The notes: generated by a model not told the origin, from the letters alone. DNA of 64,000 nt from Ostrea edulis (GCF_947568905.1 NC_079164.1:32612001-32676000); one strand, 5' to 3'; positions 38,101 to 49,679 are shown, counted from the first letter of the stretch. Numbers and translations: made by a program.

Positions 38101-41100
38101 AATGCTCCCAAAGGTGCTCATACTGATGAAAGACTTTACATAGTATAACATATGCATATGTTATATTTAAAACACTACATGAATATTTTGGAACAGTAAT
38201 AAAATCAGAACCCTGACATTGCAAATTTCACAATTTTGGTACATCCTTTTCTAATTTTCAAAAATAGGCTTTTAGTTTTTGTTTTTACAAAATCAAAGAA
38301 GTCTTTCAAATGTTAAAGATAATCATAACTAAGACAATTTTGGCTCCAACCTGAAATCAAAACCCTTACCCCTGGGATCATGATATTGTTCCATCTAAAT
38401 ATCTAATTTAGTTCAATTTAGTATCATCAATAGCACTAAAGATATTTTACACATTAACACTATATGCCAAGTTTGACCCTGCCCTGGAGTCAGAACCTCT
38501 ACCCCGGGGATTATGAAATTTACAGTTTTGGTAGAGGCCTTCCTGCTCCACATGACTATGCATTTAGTTTTCCTTACAGATGTGTGGTTGTAGGTAGAGA
38601 AGATGAATTTTGAAATTTGGTCAATTTTTGCCCCACCCCTAAGGACCCAGGGAAGCACGAGTCCTGAAATTTACAATTTATGTTCCCTGTGTCCTAAAGA
38701 TGCTTCATACCAAATTTGAAAAGAATTGGAATGGTAGTTAATAAGAAGAAGTTAAAAATGTTCAATTGTGAAAGCACGATGGATGATGCACAGACACAAA
38801 CCAATAGCAATAAGTCACCTGAGTGACTCAGGTGACCTAATAAAAATCAATGTAAACTCTACTGCACCGTCAGGTACTTAGAAAAATATTGAAACTTCCA
38901 CAAAATAGCAAACACTATGCCTGGTTCACAATGGAAGTAATGAGTCAATGTTACCTAGGAAATATACGAGCTTGTACAATCATTTCCAACACACTGGTCT
39001 TTCCTGAGCTCTGGTCGCCCACCACAACTACCTATAAAAGAAATCAGTAAATCTTAAAAATACTATACAGTAACAATGAAATGTGCAAGGAAAACGATTT
39101 TTAATTATGAAAGTGACACTGTGCTTGAAGCGCCAACAAAAGGGCACCTAAATTACAAGTGATGCCAGTCAATTCGGACATCTTAAAATCCGTAATTCAT
39201 ACCGTATGAGTATGTCACAAAATTTGAAGTAATTTATTTCCAAATTAAGTTTACTAAAACATTGCTCTTATTCTCTTAAATTAAGTATCCGGTTTCATGT
39301 TGAAAACAATCCATATTCACGTACTCTGGGCAGGTTGTCCTGTGTGTTGTAGCTGGAATCATAGCGTTCTAATTCATCCAACACATCCGAGTACATGTCA
39401 ATTAGGCTCTTCTGGAGAAAAAATTCTTTTGATTTAATTGATGGCATAGGCAAAAGCTATATATGACACACACAAGCTTTAAGCATTTTTGATCTACATC
39501 TTTTATATATTTTCAAATTCAGAAAATTACCGTATATCAGGTTTTTTCCGCATCATGTTTATTCCGCAAATCAGAACTTAAAACAGTATATTAAATTTAC
39601 CCGAATCAAATTTTCACTATTTCAAAGTCATAGCGAAAATATAATTCACGATTATTTAAACTTATGAAGGAGTTGGGGGGAAAGGCAAGCATTTGAACAT
39701 ATAACTCGTAATTTTTTATGCAAAAATTCAGTCAATGAAACGATTTACAAGATTTCTGAGTTACTGTTGCAATTATATTCAATATGGATGATATTCCTGC
39801 TTTTCTGAATCCATCTCTGACGATTTCGGGTTTTGTTCGCACGTAATCATAGAGCTTTGTCAGCCATTTTGCTCCAAATGGCTTCTAAATCGAACTTCAC
39901 CGCGTCAATTTCGGAAGAGACGCTCAGTTGATCACACTCCTGTGCTGCGAACCAGTTTTCAAAAACAATTTTGCACTTTTGTTTACACTCAAGTATATTG
40001 TAAATATGTACAATTTGGAGAATCACTGTTCGTTAGCTATAATAATACTAATACAAAATATTTATCGATAATTATTTTCAGTTTAAAACGGCTATAAACC
40101 ATGTACCGTTACATGCATGAGTAGCTCAGGTATAATTATACATTGATTGAAGCAAAGAACGTGGCCCAATTAAATAGCTTGTCATTTATAAGATAAACAC
40201 CGAGGCTTACATACCTGTAACTTGGCGCTTATTGGATATAGGGGGAAACAAAGCACACTGAACACAGAACTGTCACCGCACTATTACCAGAATGCTATAT
40301 ACACATGTAACTCTATTACAAAAACAAAACTTTGAATCAAATTTACGCAGATTTATTTTCCACGATTCGAAAATTGTCACGAATAAAGCGGAAATTAGAT
40401 ACATGCGGAAAAAACCTGATATACGGTATGATATTTTTTTAAAATCTTGAATTTTCTATAATTCATTAATGTTAAATTTGAAAAATATGTATCAGTATTA
40501 ATAATCATTAGATTAATTTTGGAATGAAGAAGTACAGATTTCTGATACCCTCATTGATCTCTTGCGTCCACTTTTATCCTCTTTCAAAATGAGACTTTTA
40601 CGTAGATCCTTATTTTCCTTCATTAGTCTATCTATTTCTTTCTGGTATCGGATCTGAAAATTTACATAAAAAGTATAGACCTTTATAAATCTGTAATATT
40701 TTGTATAAATTCAATTTTGAGAAATAGGGTTAAAATGCTATTGATATACCTTTCTGTACCCAACTTTTGCAAATTATTATTTAGAAGTACTTTTTTGTTA
40801 AGAGATATGATGTGTACTACAAACAGAATTTGTGTGTAAAACATACATCAAACAATATACTGTAACGGTGTCCTTCAATTCCTCTCTAATTAGGTGGTTC
40901 CCCTTTATCTCCGTGATGATGTGATGACAGTACATGCCAATCAAGGCATTGTGCTGCCAATTTTTTCACATTGTATTTGCAATGATTTTAGTGTTAAGTT
41001 GTAAACAAGTTTGCTGCATATTCTTTCATTATTTCAGATTATTAAAGTATATTCACACGGCTTGAACTGCTACCCATACCATCCATACTCAATCACGAGT

Positions 41101-44100
41101 TGATATTGGTTTTTTCAAATATCAAACTGAGAATTATAATGTAGAATAGTTGCAAAAATGCAGATTCTGTTTTTATACTATAGATGGAAGTTAAATACAT
41201 GTATATTTGCATTTAGTATGTATCAACATGATTAGTTATTTTCATGTATAAAAGTCACGCATGTACGGTGTACCTGTGTAACATTGATTCTTGTTGCGAT
41301 GCCATAGATCGTCATTGATATAAAAAATTCTTAAACTCTGGGTAGAAGCTAGAAAATTACTGTTTTAATTAAGTACATTACATTTTTGTGCATGCAGACA
41401 TCCGTAATAAACTTTGATGTCACTTGGAGTCCTGTTCTGTCATTAGCAGATCAAAATAATAAGTGCGCAGGGCCAGATCAAAGGGGAAGTAACGAACTTG
41501 AATGCTTTTGTCCTCCAGATATGGGCTCAGTTATTTATAGAATATGAAATATAAGGCTAAAGCATTATTTTTCTCTGTTACAGGTAGTGCTTGATTGTTT
41601 GCTATTAGTGCACGTGGTATACAATTTTGTATATTTTTTGTAGTCCTGCATTTTTTGAGTGAACATATTTTATTGACAAAACATCAATAGGATTGGGTAC
41701 ATTTCTAAAACTTAGATGGCCTGATTACTATACATGTAAATATTTACAAGTACATGTACATTAAAATTTAAATTTTAATGCATTGAAATGCACATAAATG
41801 GTAACACTATCATCATTTATCTAATAAAGCAAATTGCTAATGTTTATTTCTTATTACACATCAACTTAACAAGCATATTCATTACTTTAACATATATTCG
41901 ATTCAATTATCCGGATGCTTCATTTATCCAGACACTTCATTTATCCAGATGATTCTGCTAGGAACCAAAATGTCTGGATTAATGAGACTCCGCTGTATAT
42001 TGCTACAAATAAGTTACTGCAATATGCCTAAATGTCACTCAATCTGACATCTAAGGGAATTAACTCTTCCATACAACGAAATATTCACCTGAATTTGAAT
42101 CATCTCCTCCTGAACTTGCTCGAGCCTCTCTTTCTCTGGATTCTGCAAAACATGGAATCAGAAGCCTATTAATCACCATGAATGAAAACAAGTAATGCAT
42201 TGTGTGAAACACATTTACACTGTAGATATCTTATCATTATATCCCAATAGCAAGCAAATATATAGCAAGCAAATGCATGTCTATCTTTTTGAATGATCTT
42301 ATGAAATATATTTTGAAAATCATGATGGGAAATTCATGGTGAACACACAATGTCTCGTCATAATTCATCTTTAAGTGTAGTATGAACTTCTAATATCAAT
42401 ATGATAAAGTGATGGCCCACAGAAATGTTATTTTTAAAAACTTTTTCACTGGTGACCCTGACCTTGGAAAGCATTTGAACAAAATATCTGAATAATGAAA
42501 GTGACGATTCTCTTAATTTTACCTACAGACCCTCCAAACATCTGGGTACCCCTGATGTGTATAAAAGAGAAAGGCTTATAACTGTCTTTACAGGGTACCC
42601 AATCTCAGCTTTTAAAAAAATAATCAAATAGAGGTTTAATAAATGTTTAGAGATTAAAGCAAAAATAGGGGGAAGGGGGGGGGGCTGTCATTATGTTAAT
42701 ATGTGTTTGACATTACTTGGTATACCAAGGAGATGAAACTGGAAACTTAATGTGAGCGATTGCTACTTTTTTAATGCATAAAAAACCAAAGTTTGTTTTT
42801 TCTGTTGCACAAAATAGTCTCCTCCTTCAGATCTGCCACTGCATCATTTGTTTTATGTCAAAATATAGACCGTGATGTTACTTCTATTGTATTGCCTCAG
42901 CTATGATTGACCTTACATGACCTTAGACCTAATGTGGTGCAACTGCATCTAGTGCAAGGGGGCACAAGAATTGAGATCATTATTTCAGACCAACAAGATG
43001 TGACTGTGTGAGATCAAAAAGGATGATTGTTAAGATCATGGGAATTTTTCAGAAAATTCATTGGACATACATGTATATGTAAGTGTAAACTTCAATTTTC
43101 GCTGTCCTAATCTAAGCTCACTATCATGAGATGAAGGTTATAGGTTGCATTTGTCCATTGCAGTGCAAATATCACCTGTTTACACATGGAAAAAAAACCC
43201 TGGAGTGCTCAGTTGGCCGGAGCTAATATACAGTACAATAAATCAGCCAAAATTTTTTATTGATTCTCAAATATCTCAAGAAGCACTTTTTAAAAAAATG
43301 AAATTTGGTGACAATCTAGGTGAGTTGTACGCAGGTTGAAAGCTACACAATGCAGTATAAAACACCTATATTCATTTATTTTTTAAACACTAAAATCGAG
43401 TACCCTGTACTTTGAGTTACCAGCCCTTCTCCATTATACACGTACATATCAAGGAGATTTGGAGAGTTTAAGGTTCTACCTTTTTGCTGGGTGTTGCTGA
43501 AGCTCCCGATCTTCCAAATCCAATCAGAGGTACTGTATTCTTATGGGTTTTGGCACTATCTGAAACACAGATTAATTTTTTCATATTCTGTCCCATAATG
43601 CAACTTTTTCAGTACTCCCAGTCTGCAAAATTAGCGGTAGTCCGAATGCCCACGGCCGGTGATTTTCCTGTCCAACTTGTAAAATCCGCTTGGCAACAAG
43701 TCCAACTGGCTTGTAAAAAAAAATTACCTGTCGGAGTTTTAATTTGACAATCGGAAGTAAACAAATATTACGCGCATGCTCAAGTCATAGAATTAGAATA
43801 ACTCACTCCACACAAAGTCATTCGTCCCATTAATTACGCATCTTCACTCGGTCTGTTTCGGATTTGTCTTGAAAATTATTCAGATTTCGCATGCGTATAA
43901 TTTACTTTCATTTTTGGGCAAGTGAAATTGAGTTCGGGCATGTGGATTTCCTGAAAATGGTTGCCCAAATGGCTTGTGGTTTGCAAATCTTAATATCATT
44001 GACTGTACTCCCACCCTCTATAAACACAAACATAAGAATTAAGAAACATCCTTTCCACTTTTATAGATACAAACATAACCAGCTGGAAATTGTGAAAAAA

Positions 44101-47100
44101 AATTACTTGTTATCAAACCAAAGGGGAAAATGTTCCACTTCTCTTGGAATGTATCAGACTTTACCACAGTTTTCAAAAAATCAAGAAAAGCGAAGAAATA
44201 AAACCTCAACCTATTCTGCCCAAACTTCAAAATCTTGAATCGGAGGGGAGGGGGGGTAGATGAGTGGGTGTGTGACGAAAGGGGGAGGATTGACAAACCT
44301 CAACTAAAGTTAAATGTAGCATTATTTTGCTGTCTTGAATCAAAGGGAGCAGGGAGGGAGCGTTCTTCCATCACAGTATGTGTTCAATAAAATCACAGAA
44401 AGTGAGAACATTGCCAATCCTCTACCCCTGATTCTGCCTGAAAACTCACTCATCCCCACTCAAACTGTTTCTGTTCAGAACCACATTTGCCAGATGTGTA
44501 TTTACAATATATACTTTCATAGTAGCCTTATATGAGACATTCATGTACACATACTGCCTGTGACTTGTGAACCAAGGAAAAGCTACAATACGGAATTTAC
44601 TAACTTTCCACTGCATATATTTTTGCTATTTTTTTTCATACTGATCATAATGAACTTGAGACAATCTGAACTTTTTAATACGGTATAACAGATACTTTTA
44701 TCCGTAAATGATGGCAAATTATATTCTGCGTTTCCAATTTCTGCGGTTGCATTATACCTATATGCATGTATGTATATTTTGCGATTGTAATTTTTGCGGA
44801 CTTTTTCTATCAGCAAAATTCCTTTAAAAATGAACAACCGCAGAAATAACTCGTTATACAGTATATTTTATATACATATAAAACTGAATGCAATCACTGG
44901 TATAATTTCATTTATTATATACCCATCAATGTATCATTCTTTGATACTGTGGATTTCACAGCGTGTGATCCGGTTTTCCGGATCACCACACTATGGTTTT
45001 CTGATTCCGTATCAGTATCCTCTGAAACTGATGCCGTCACAATGCATCAACGCAACATTATTTGTGGAAAATATTGACTGCGTCACAAAACAAAACTGCG
45101 TACACAAAACATAATTTCATGGTATGTCTGTGTTTTTGATAATTTGGATTACATTTATTATCTTCTAAATGTGGATTTAAAATGCAGAAGGGGGTATATA
45201 ATAAATTTATCATTACTACAGTAACTTGATCCGAAGAGTTGGATCACGTCTCGTTGACAGGCGCGGATCATCAGATCAAACTAAGCGTCTTGTGTGATCT
45301 AATAATTCGCACCTGTCAACTCAATGTGATCCGACTCTTCGGATCAAGTTACTGTAGTAATGATATATATTTATTCCAATCAAGTAAAACTCTTTTATCT
45401 ATACATACAGCCACAAGCATTAAATCTGTAACACCTTTTGACAGGATACATATGTGACAGATGCAAGCGAATTGAAGAGACAGAAGAATATTCAGCATCT
45501 GAGTTAATACTATTCTTTAAGACATTACATATCAAGAATATAAAACTACAAGGTAAAAAAAGATGCATTCAGTTTCAAATCTCAACGATCTTGGATTTTT
45601 TAATATGACACACATTATCAAGAAACCGAAAATATCAAGAATCAGATTGTATTAATTCAAATTTAAACAATATTCAATAAATTGATGGGTTAGCCTATAT
45701 GAGCTCTGTCCCTATCATTATTATATTCAAACTGAAAAAAGCACTTCTGAACTTCAGCAATTCAAAAATGTTGATGCTTACTACCACATACACAAATAGA
45801 TGACTAGCATGATACATGTGCAGAATTCAAGGGGTTTATGGGTAACTGTTTTTGTTGACACACCTGATACTTGGGACATTACACAATATCTACACACCTT
45901 CATCTTGGGACATGGCATACAAGACCTGGCCACCTGGTAAAACAACAATGAAAACATATTCATTAAACTTCAAATTTCACTGCAGAACTTCCAAAGTCAA
46001 CAAGAAGATTGACGTGCTCTCTAATAATTGGTAAAAAAAATTGCGTTGCAGTTCTGTGAATGATGACTCTTATATACATGTAATGGTTATCTGTACCAAG
46101 TGCTTTCAGGTAGACAACACCTCACCTGTTGCATAACAACTGATTTTGATGTACAAGTACCATGAATTTCAGATGATACTATTTTCCCCCCACCAAATCA
46201 ACAACAGCAAGTCCAAAGTTTAAATTTCTCTAGAAAAATTATAGAATATGAAAGAGCATTTCTACCTACAGTCTGAAAATTACAGTACATATAGTAGCAG
46301 TATACCATAAGACCATCACAAAGGTCATTAATTCATGTACACAAAATTAGAAACACCATGAAAGGAAAGCAGACAACATTCAAAACTTTCTCCTCTAGAT
46401 ATGACATTAAACAAGAGAGAAAATGCTTGAATTCTGCACATTTTCGATGTGATTTGCATCTGCTCATATAAGCATGATTATGATATGCAGTTATTTTGCT
46501 TTGCATTTGTTACCTTCAGACAGAACAGCAGCATTGCTCTGATTCGTGTTTTCCTCCCACCAAGTCTTAATACCCTCCACAACTGCAGCATCCTTTAGCT
46601 TGGGAAAATGATTAGAAATAAATCCCTGAAAAAATAATACTATGCAATAAAAAATCCTATTGGTTATTTCACTAGACAGCATTCAAAATTTTATAAAACA
46701 GAGGGGAATATAGACTAAGAAGTTTAATTATGTGTCATGCAAGTCCATGGTTTTTTGTGCGTGGCAATTTCTAGTGTTAGCCTCAATGAAATGCAATCAT
46801 CTTATTACACTGAATTTGGCATTCTAAAAGAAACAAATCATACTAAACAATTGTTATCACAGTGACCCCACAACGGATAAGAATGTAATGTAACCTGTGT
46901 GTGACCTTCTATTACTGTAAGAACACTATGTTACTCAAAGAAGGGTCTTGTCACAGGGAATACACATGTGAAATATGAAAGCCCTATCGCTAACCATTCA
47001 AAAGCCAAGGTCTGTGTTAAAGTTTTTCAATAGAAGATCGAACCCCAAGGTAAAAGTCACAAGGTCAAAACTTTTGGTACCAAAAGAAAGGTCTTGTCGA

Positions 47101-47889
47101 AATGAATACACATGTGAAAGCCCTATTACCAACCATTCAAGTTAAGGCCAAGGTTAAAGTTTTTCAAAACAGATCAAATTCCAAGGTCAAGGTAAAAAAT
47201 TTGAAACCTAAAGAAAAGGACTTGTCAAAAGGAATACACATATGAAATCCCTATCACCAACCATTCAAACGTTGTGCCCAAAGTTAAAGTTTTTGTAGAC
47301 AGACTAACAGAGAGACCAAAATCCATATGACCTGAATTCTGATTACATGGGCATAATCTGATAATTTTTACAATGTTTTCGTTCATGATGTAATGTTTCT
47401 CATATTCTATAGTAAGTCATTGCAGGCCATGGTTACTAGATATGTGATAATACCCGTACACAAAAATCAAGAAATGATTCTCTTCATAAATGTGACTACT
47501 ACCAATATATACACAAATTCTATTAAAAAATTGTAATATGCAATGCATAATTTACAATGTGCCATCATCTCAACACTAGGCTACCAGTTACTGAACCCAC
47601 CTTCTCAGGCAAAGTGATTTGAGATGCTGCACTTTTGATACTTTTCATGAGGTTTTTCATTGTTTCTGATTCAGGAATGTATTCTTTCATCCATTCTATG
47701 TCAGGTAACTGCTGCTTTACTGCATTTATTTTCTGTTTGAAAAAAAAAAACCAAATAACAAAATACCACAGAAATACAGTAGTCCTGGCACCTGCAGGTG
47801 TTATTCTTCTGCTATTTCTTTGCAGGTGTAAAAGTGCATGGTAAAGCAACAATTTGTGTATCTGTGTTCATGTATTACACCTTTTTATC

Positions 47890-47944
<55 letters not shown>

Positions 47945-49270
47945 TGAAAATGTGAAAAGTTTACGATGACACCGACAGTCTAATGTGTTTAAAAGGTTTT
48001 TAAAAGAAATAAAGTTACACATTATGATAGAAGCTCCTTATACAGAGTTTATTATTTATTGTGTAAACAAAGATTGAGGCATGTTATTGTTTAATAAAGT
48101 TTGGAAAATGTATGTTTATTGATCCAAGTTTATGATAAATATCACATTTCAAGTATTCTTCAGGTAAAATGTGCCATTTAAAAGTTACATTTGTGAATTT
48201 TGTAAAATTACAATGCTTAAAATTCCAAATTAAACATTTCACTGGTTTGTTTGTAAACATAAAAAGACTTGAGTCTTTCTTTACATAACAGAGTTAAGGC
48301 TGAAATATTGCTCTTCCTCTTGCATTCAGAAGGTCCAAATTTTGGTTGTCAACTTTATATTTTTAATGTTTAGCATAAAAAAATAAATGGAAAAAAAATC
48401 CCCCAAAAAACCAACCATGAACCAGTCCCTTCAAGTTTGTTTACAGGAGTTTCCCCATATGAATCAGGGGAGCTAACACACATAGGTTTCCCGCTATGTT
48501 GCTCCTCTTCAAAATACCTGACTAACTACTGCTCCAGTGCCCACTGCTCCTGTTATGATGATATTCCTAGGTCTCAGCAATGCTTTGGTTATTCTGGTCC
48601 ATGTCACCACATGACGGTGACTGGTTGGGACTGATAAATGGCCCCTGGCTGTAAGAAACAATTTGGAAGGTCTGTTTCTGTGGGCATGATAAAACCTCCA
48701 AAAGCCCCTCTCAGAGATCAGGAAGATGGACGACTGGTTAGAATTTTGTGTCCTCAACAGTGCATAACTTTTGGATCGTGATTGTTGTAGACCATATCTT
48801 TTCACTGCTAGCTGGACATATTTTTCACAGTGTTGGCTGAAAAAGTAGAAATATTCTTAAACAAGAGCTTCATATTACATTTTTAAGGTAGGTCACAGGG
48901 GCTCATCACAAATTGACCCTCTCTATTTATGTTAAATATAGAATAAACGGTGTCAAATTTTAATAGACAAAATTTTCGTGACGTGCACATGTGGGTGGGC
49001 ATGCATGTTGCGTTTCACATAGGAAATTCGAGTTATAAAATGTCTTGAAAATACATTTTATAGGAATTAAATAGAAGAATATGTAACTAATAGTTTTTCT
49101 TGAATCATAAATTTACTACTTATAGGGCCTACTGTTAGCCAACCCATCCAAAGTTATTTCGTCATAAAATTTGTTATGTCCTGCATGACATTTCGTGATG
49201 ATCAACAAGAAATAAATCATTTATAATGAACACTCGCTTACCTAAATCTACCAGATATCAGCCTGCTCAT
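17903..49270 (-). CDS. OPA1: OPA1, dynamin-like 120 kDa mitochondrial GTPase (multi-exon gene, about 965+ aa)
   Basis: P-loop [17 protein letters not shown] and C-terminal [34 protein letters not shown] match metazoan OPA1. All listed exons have AG/GT boundaries; the exons from 42142 to 17903 join in frame. Several exon sizes (319, 54, 105, 87) match human OPA1 as I recall it. Confidence 0.97.
18111..18221 (-). CDS. OPA1: OPA1 exon
   Basis: [37 protein letters not shown]. Confidence 0.95.
19874..19967 (-). CDS. OPA1: OPA1 exon
   Basis: [31 protein letters not shown]. Confidence 0.95.
19951..20190. repeat. 30-bp minisatellite x8 spanning an OPA1 3' splice site
   Basis: Unit taaatattacactccagctgtaaacacaac (plus strand). 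Confidence 0.95.
20418..20797. repeat. 49-bp minisatellite x8
   Basis: Unit catgaatgtcaatctcaacagtctacttcaatgaacactcccaagtttt; starts every 49 bp from 20418 to 20761. Confidence 0.95.
20800..21280 (+). mobile_element. HINE-like element
   Basis: aaggtcttgtcacaaggaatac/atgaaagccc satellite-type units, acagac tract and a 3' hairpin. Confidence 0.65.
21799..21915 (-). CDS. OPA1: OPA1 exon
   Basis: [39 protein letters not shown]. Confidence 0.95.
22521..23407 (+). mobile_element. HINE-like element with decayed satellite units
   Basis: Head aaacaagaaatg; repeated gacctttgacc/tctcaagatattgag; end atatgccccctc...gagcataaaaa. Confidence 0.65.
23864..23950 (-). CDS. OPA1: OPA1 exon
   Basis: [29 protein letters not shown]. 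Confidence 0.95.
24387..24520 (-). CDS. OPA1: OPA1 exon
   Basis: [45 protein letters not shown]. Confidence 0.95.
25460..25568 (-). CDS. OPA1: OPA1 exon
   Basis: [36 protein letters not shown]. Confidence 0.95.
26270..26652. repeat. 26-27-bp minisatellite, about 14 copies
   Basis: Unit ttgaataactttacagtatttctgaga; starts about 40 bp inside an OPA1 donor. Confidence 0.9.
26690..26845 (-). CDS. OPA1: OPA1 exon
   Basis: [52 protein letters not shown]. Confidence 0.95.
27025..27097 (-). CDS. OPA1: OPA1 exon
   Basis: [24 protein letters not shown]. Confidence 0.95.
27358..27627 (-). mobile_element. SINE (same family as 6976-7245)
   Basis: Reverse complement of the 6976 copy, including the (tgat)n tail. 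Confidence 0.8.
27745..27961 (+). mobile_element. Minimal HINE (about one satellite unit)
   Basis: Head aaacaagatgtgttt, acagacag tract, end atatgccccc...ggggacata. Confidence 0.7.
28219..28311 (-). CDS. OPA1: OPA1 exon
   Basis: [31 protein letters not shown]. Confidence 0.93.
28646..28722 (-). CDS. OPA1: OPA1 exon
   Basis: [26 protein letters not shown]. Confidence 0.95.
29281..29808. repeat. 30-bp minisatellite, about 17 copies; resumes at 31174-31222
   Basis: Unit ttttatggttataacaatttatcagttaac. Confidence 0.95.
29809..31173 (-). mobile_element. Internally deleted Crypton inserted into the minisatellite
   Basis: YR C-terminal remnant [10 protein letters not shown] and [14 protein letters not shown] (about 30560-30710, frameshifted); a 185-bp hairpin at its 3' end (29810-29994); the satellite continues in register on both sides. 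Confidence 0.75.
29810..29994. repeat. Near-perfect palindrome, 75-bp arm, ttt loop
   Basis: Left arm 29815-29889 pairs with the right arm 29893-29989, apart from a 22-bp tandem duplication (gatcatgtaccaacccgtattt at 29911 and 29933). Confidence 0.95.
31738..32640 (+). mobile_element. Decayed HINE-like element
   Basis: Repeated catgaattc(c/t)acaat...ttgg motifs, acagacagac tract near the 3' end. Confidence 0.55.
32674..32738 (-). CDS. OPA1: OPA1 exon
   Basis: [22 protein letters not shown]. Confidence 0.95.
32957..33090. repeat. 46-bp tandem repeat x3 starting at an OPA1 donor
   Basis: catagacaaaaatgaggaaacatacggagggtgttaagaatt.. repeated. Confidence 0.85.
33091..33206 (-). CDS. OPA1: OPA1 exon
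   Basis: [38 protein letters not shown]. Confidence 0.95.
33207..33639. repeat. About 86-bp tandem repeat x5 forming a whole OPA1 intron
   Basis: Units begin at 33207, 33293, 33379, 33464 and 33549 (ct(g/a)atgga(t/c)aattcaaatatcaaaatctca...). Confidence 0.92.
33640..33712 (-). CDS. OPA1: OPA1 exon
   Basis: [25 protein letters not shown]. Confidence 0.93.
33818..35158 (+). mobile_element. HINE carrying about 7 tandem 150-159-bp satellite units
   Basis: Same ~75-bp head as the 16159 element; units at 34045, 34195, 34352, 34503, 34653, 34812, 34965; (acag)n tract; hairpin tatacccccc...ggggggtata. Confidence 0.9.
35474..35546 (-). CDS. OPA1: OPA1 exon
   Basis: [24 protein letters not shown]. 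Confidence 0.95.
35864..35994 (-). CDS. OPA1: OPA1 exon (G4 TKVD)
   Basis: [44 protein letters not shown]. Confidence 0.97.
36154..36253 (-). CDS. OPA1: OPA1 exon
   Basis: [33 protein letters not shown]. Confidence 0.95.
36781..36852 (-). CDS. OPA1: OPA1 exon (G3 DLPG)
   Basis: [24 protein letters not shown]. Confidence 0.97.
36935..37140. repeat. 23-bp minisatellite, about 9 copies
   Basis: Unit ttgataatctctcttccttttca. Confidence 0.9.
37339..37500. repeat. C26 run plus 30-bp minisatellite x4
   Basis: Unit gggacagacaaccctggtaaccccctgacc, about 40 bp inside an OPA1 donor. Confidence 0.9.
37539..37613 (-). CDS. OPA1: OPA1 exon
   Basis: [25 protein letters not shown]. Confidence 0.95.
37761..37878 (-). 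CDS. OPA1: OPA1 exon
   Basis: [39 protein letters not shown]. Confidence 0.97.
38075..38845 (+). mobile_element. HINE-like element
   Basis: Head aaacaagatgtgttcttaaaacac; Cg170-like units; end agtcacctgagtgactcaggtgacctaataaaa. Confidence 0.7.
38955..39031 (-). CDS. OPA1: OPA1 exon (P-loop)
   Basis: [26 protein letters not shown]. Confidence 0.97.
39325..39411 (-). CDS. OPA1: OPA1 exon
   Basis: [29 protein letters not shown]. Confidence 0.97.
39530..40426. mobile_element. Tc1/mariner-type non-autonomous element (897 bp)
   Basis: TA|ccgtatatcaggttttttccgcat...atgcggaaaaaacctgatatacgg|TA, perfect 24-bp TIR. Confidence 0.9.
40549..40653 (-). CDS. OPA1: OPA1 exon (coiled coil)
   Basis: [35 protein letters not shown]. 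Confidence 0.95.
42089..42142 (-). CDS. OPA1: OPA1 exon
   Basis: [18 protein letters not shown]. Confidence 0.9.
45208..45365. mobile_element. About 150-bp MITE/hairpin
   Basis: About 40-bp arms (ttactacagtaacttgatccgaagagttggatcac) with one mismatch. Confidence 0.8.
45898..45933 (-). CDS. OPA1: Tentative OPA1 small exon
   Basis: ttgttgttttaccag|[12 protein letters not shown]|gtgtgt; phase 1 to 1; no homology support. Confidence 0.4.
46514..46625 (-). CDS. OPA1: OPA1 exon (variable N-terminal region)
   Basis: [37 protein letters not shown]; good AG/GT; phase 0 matches the preceding exon. Confidence 0.7.
46940..47357 (+). mobile_element. HINE-like element
   Basis: Three aaggtcttgtc..aatacacatgtgaaa..aaagccct units plus a 3' acagac tract and hairpin. 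Confidence 0.65.
47601..47732 (-). CDS. OPA1: OPA1 exon 3
   Basis: [44 protein letters not shown] (LPD.W motif). Confidence 0.85.
48518..48836 (-). CDS. OPA1: OPA1 exon 2 (mitochondrial targeting sequence and TM)
   Basis: 319 bp, Arg/Ser-rich, ends [25 protein letters not shown]. Confidence 0.88.
49242..49270 (-). CDS. OPA1: OPA1 first coding exon
   Basis: ATG at 49270: MSRLISGRF+ag|gtaagc; phase 2 joins exon 2 in frame. Confidence 0.8.
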
Positions 49271-49335
49271 ACTGAAGTTACTGCTGTCTTTAAATATCTC
49301 TCAAACTGGTGTGCATTTATCTGATCAAGAATTAC

Positions 49336-49460
49336 CTACAAGGCTAGGCCTACATTGTGAAAGTAGTGGTCCGAGTTTCCCTAAATTTCCGTTAATGTCC
49401 TTGACATTGTAAAATGTAAAAGCTGGAAGTGAGCGCGATTTCTTCCGGAAAGTCACGTTA
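49336..49460 (-). promoter_or_regulatory. Putative OPA1 promoter and non-coding first exon
   Basis: ETS-like ttccggaa and ggaagt motifs, CpG-rich patch, donor tag|gtaatt at 49335. Confidence 0.45.
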
Positions 49461-49539
49461 CAAATGTATCGCAAATGATTGGCATTTTTTGGTCAGTTTT
49501 TTTTTTTTTATATGGTACGATGTTATATCCAGGACGCTT

Positions 49540-49620
49540 GAATATGCTACATAGGTATGAGGAGATGACGATGAAGTCATCCCATTTGTCATAAAGTTGA
49601 TTTGTACGTCTATTCAATGC
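49540..49620 (-). mobile_element. Tiny Naiad RT fragment
   Basis: NQLYDKWDDF...YLCS, compare QLYDKRDDF..FPYLCSN in the 55 kb copy. Confidence 0.6.
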
Positions 49621-49679
49621 CTTTCTTGGGGAATTCATTTCTCTAAATAAATTTTATGGATTAAGAGTGCAGTTATTAG

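Noticed and set aside
43400-44330. CpG-richer intronic block with several short ORFs
   Set aside because: Probably a non-autonomous DNA element, but I could not define TIRs, a TSD or a protein motif.
48803-48805. GTG start for OPA1 suggested by the ORF track
   Set aside because: An ATG exon at 49242-49270 splices in frame with strong sites.
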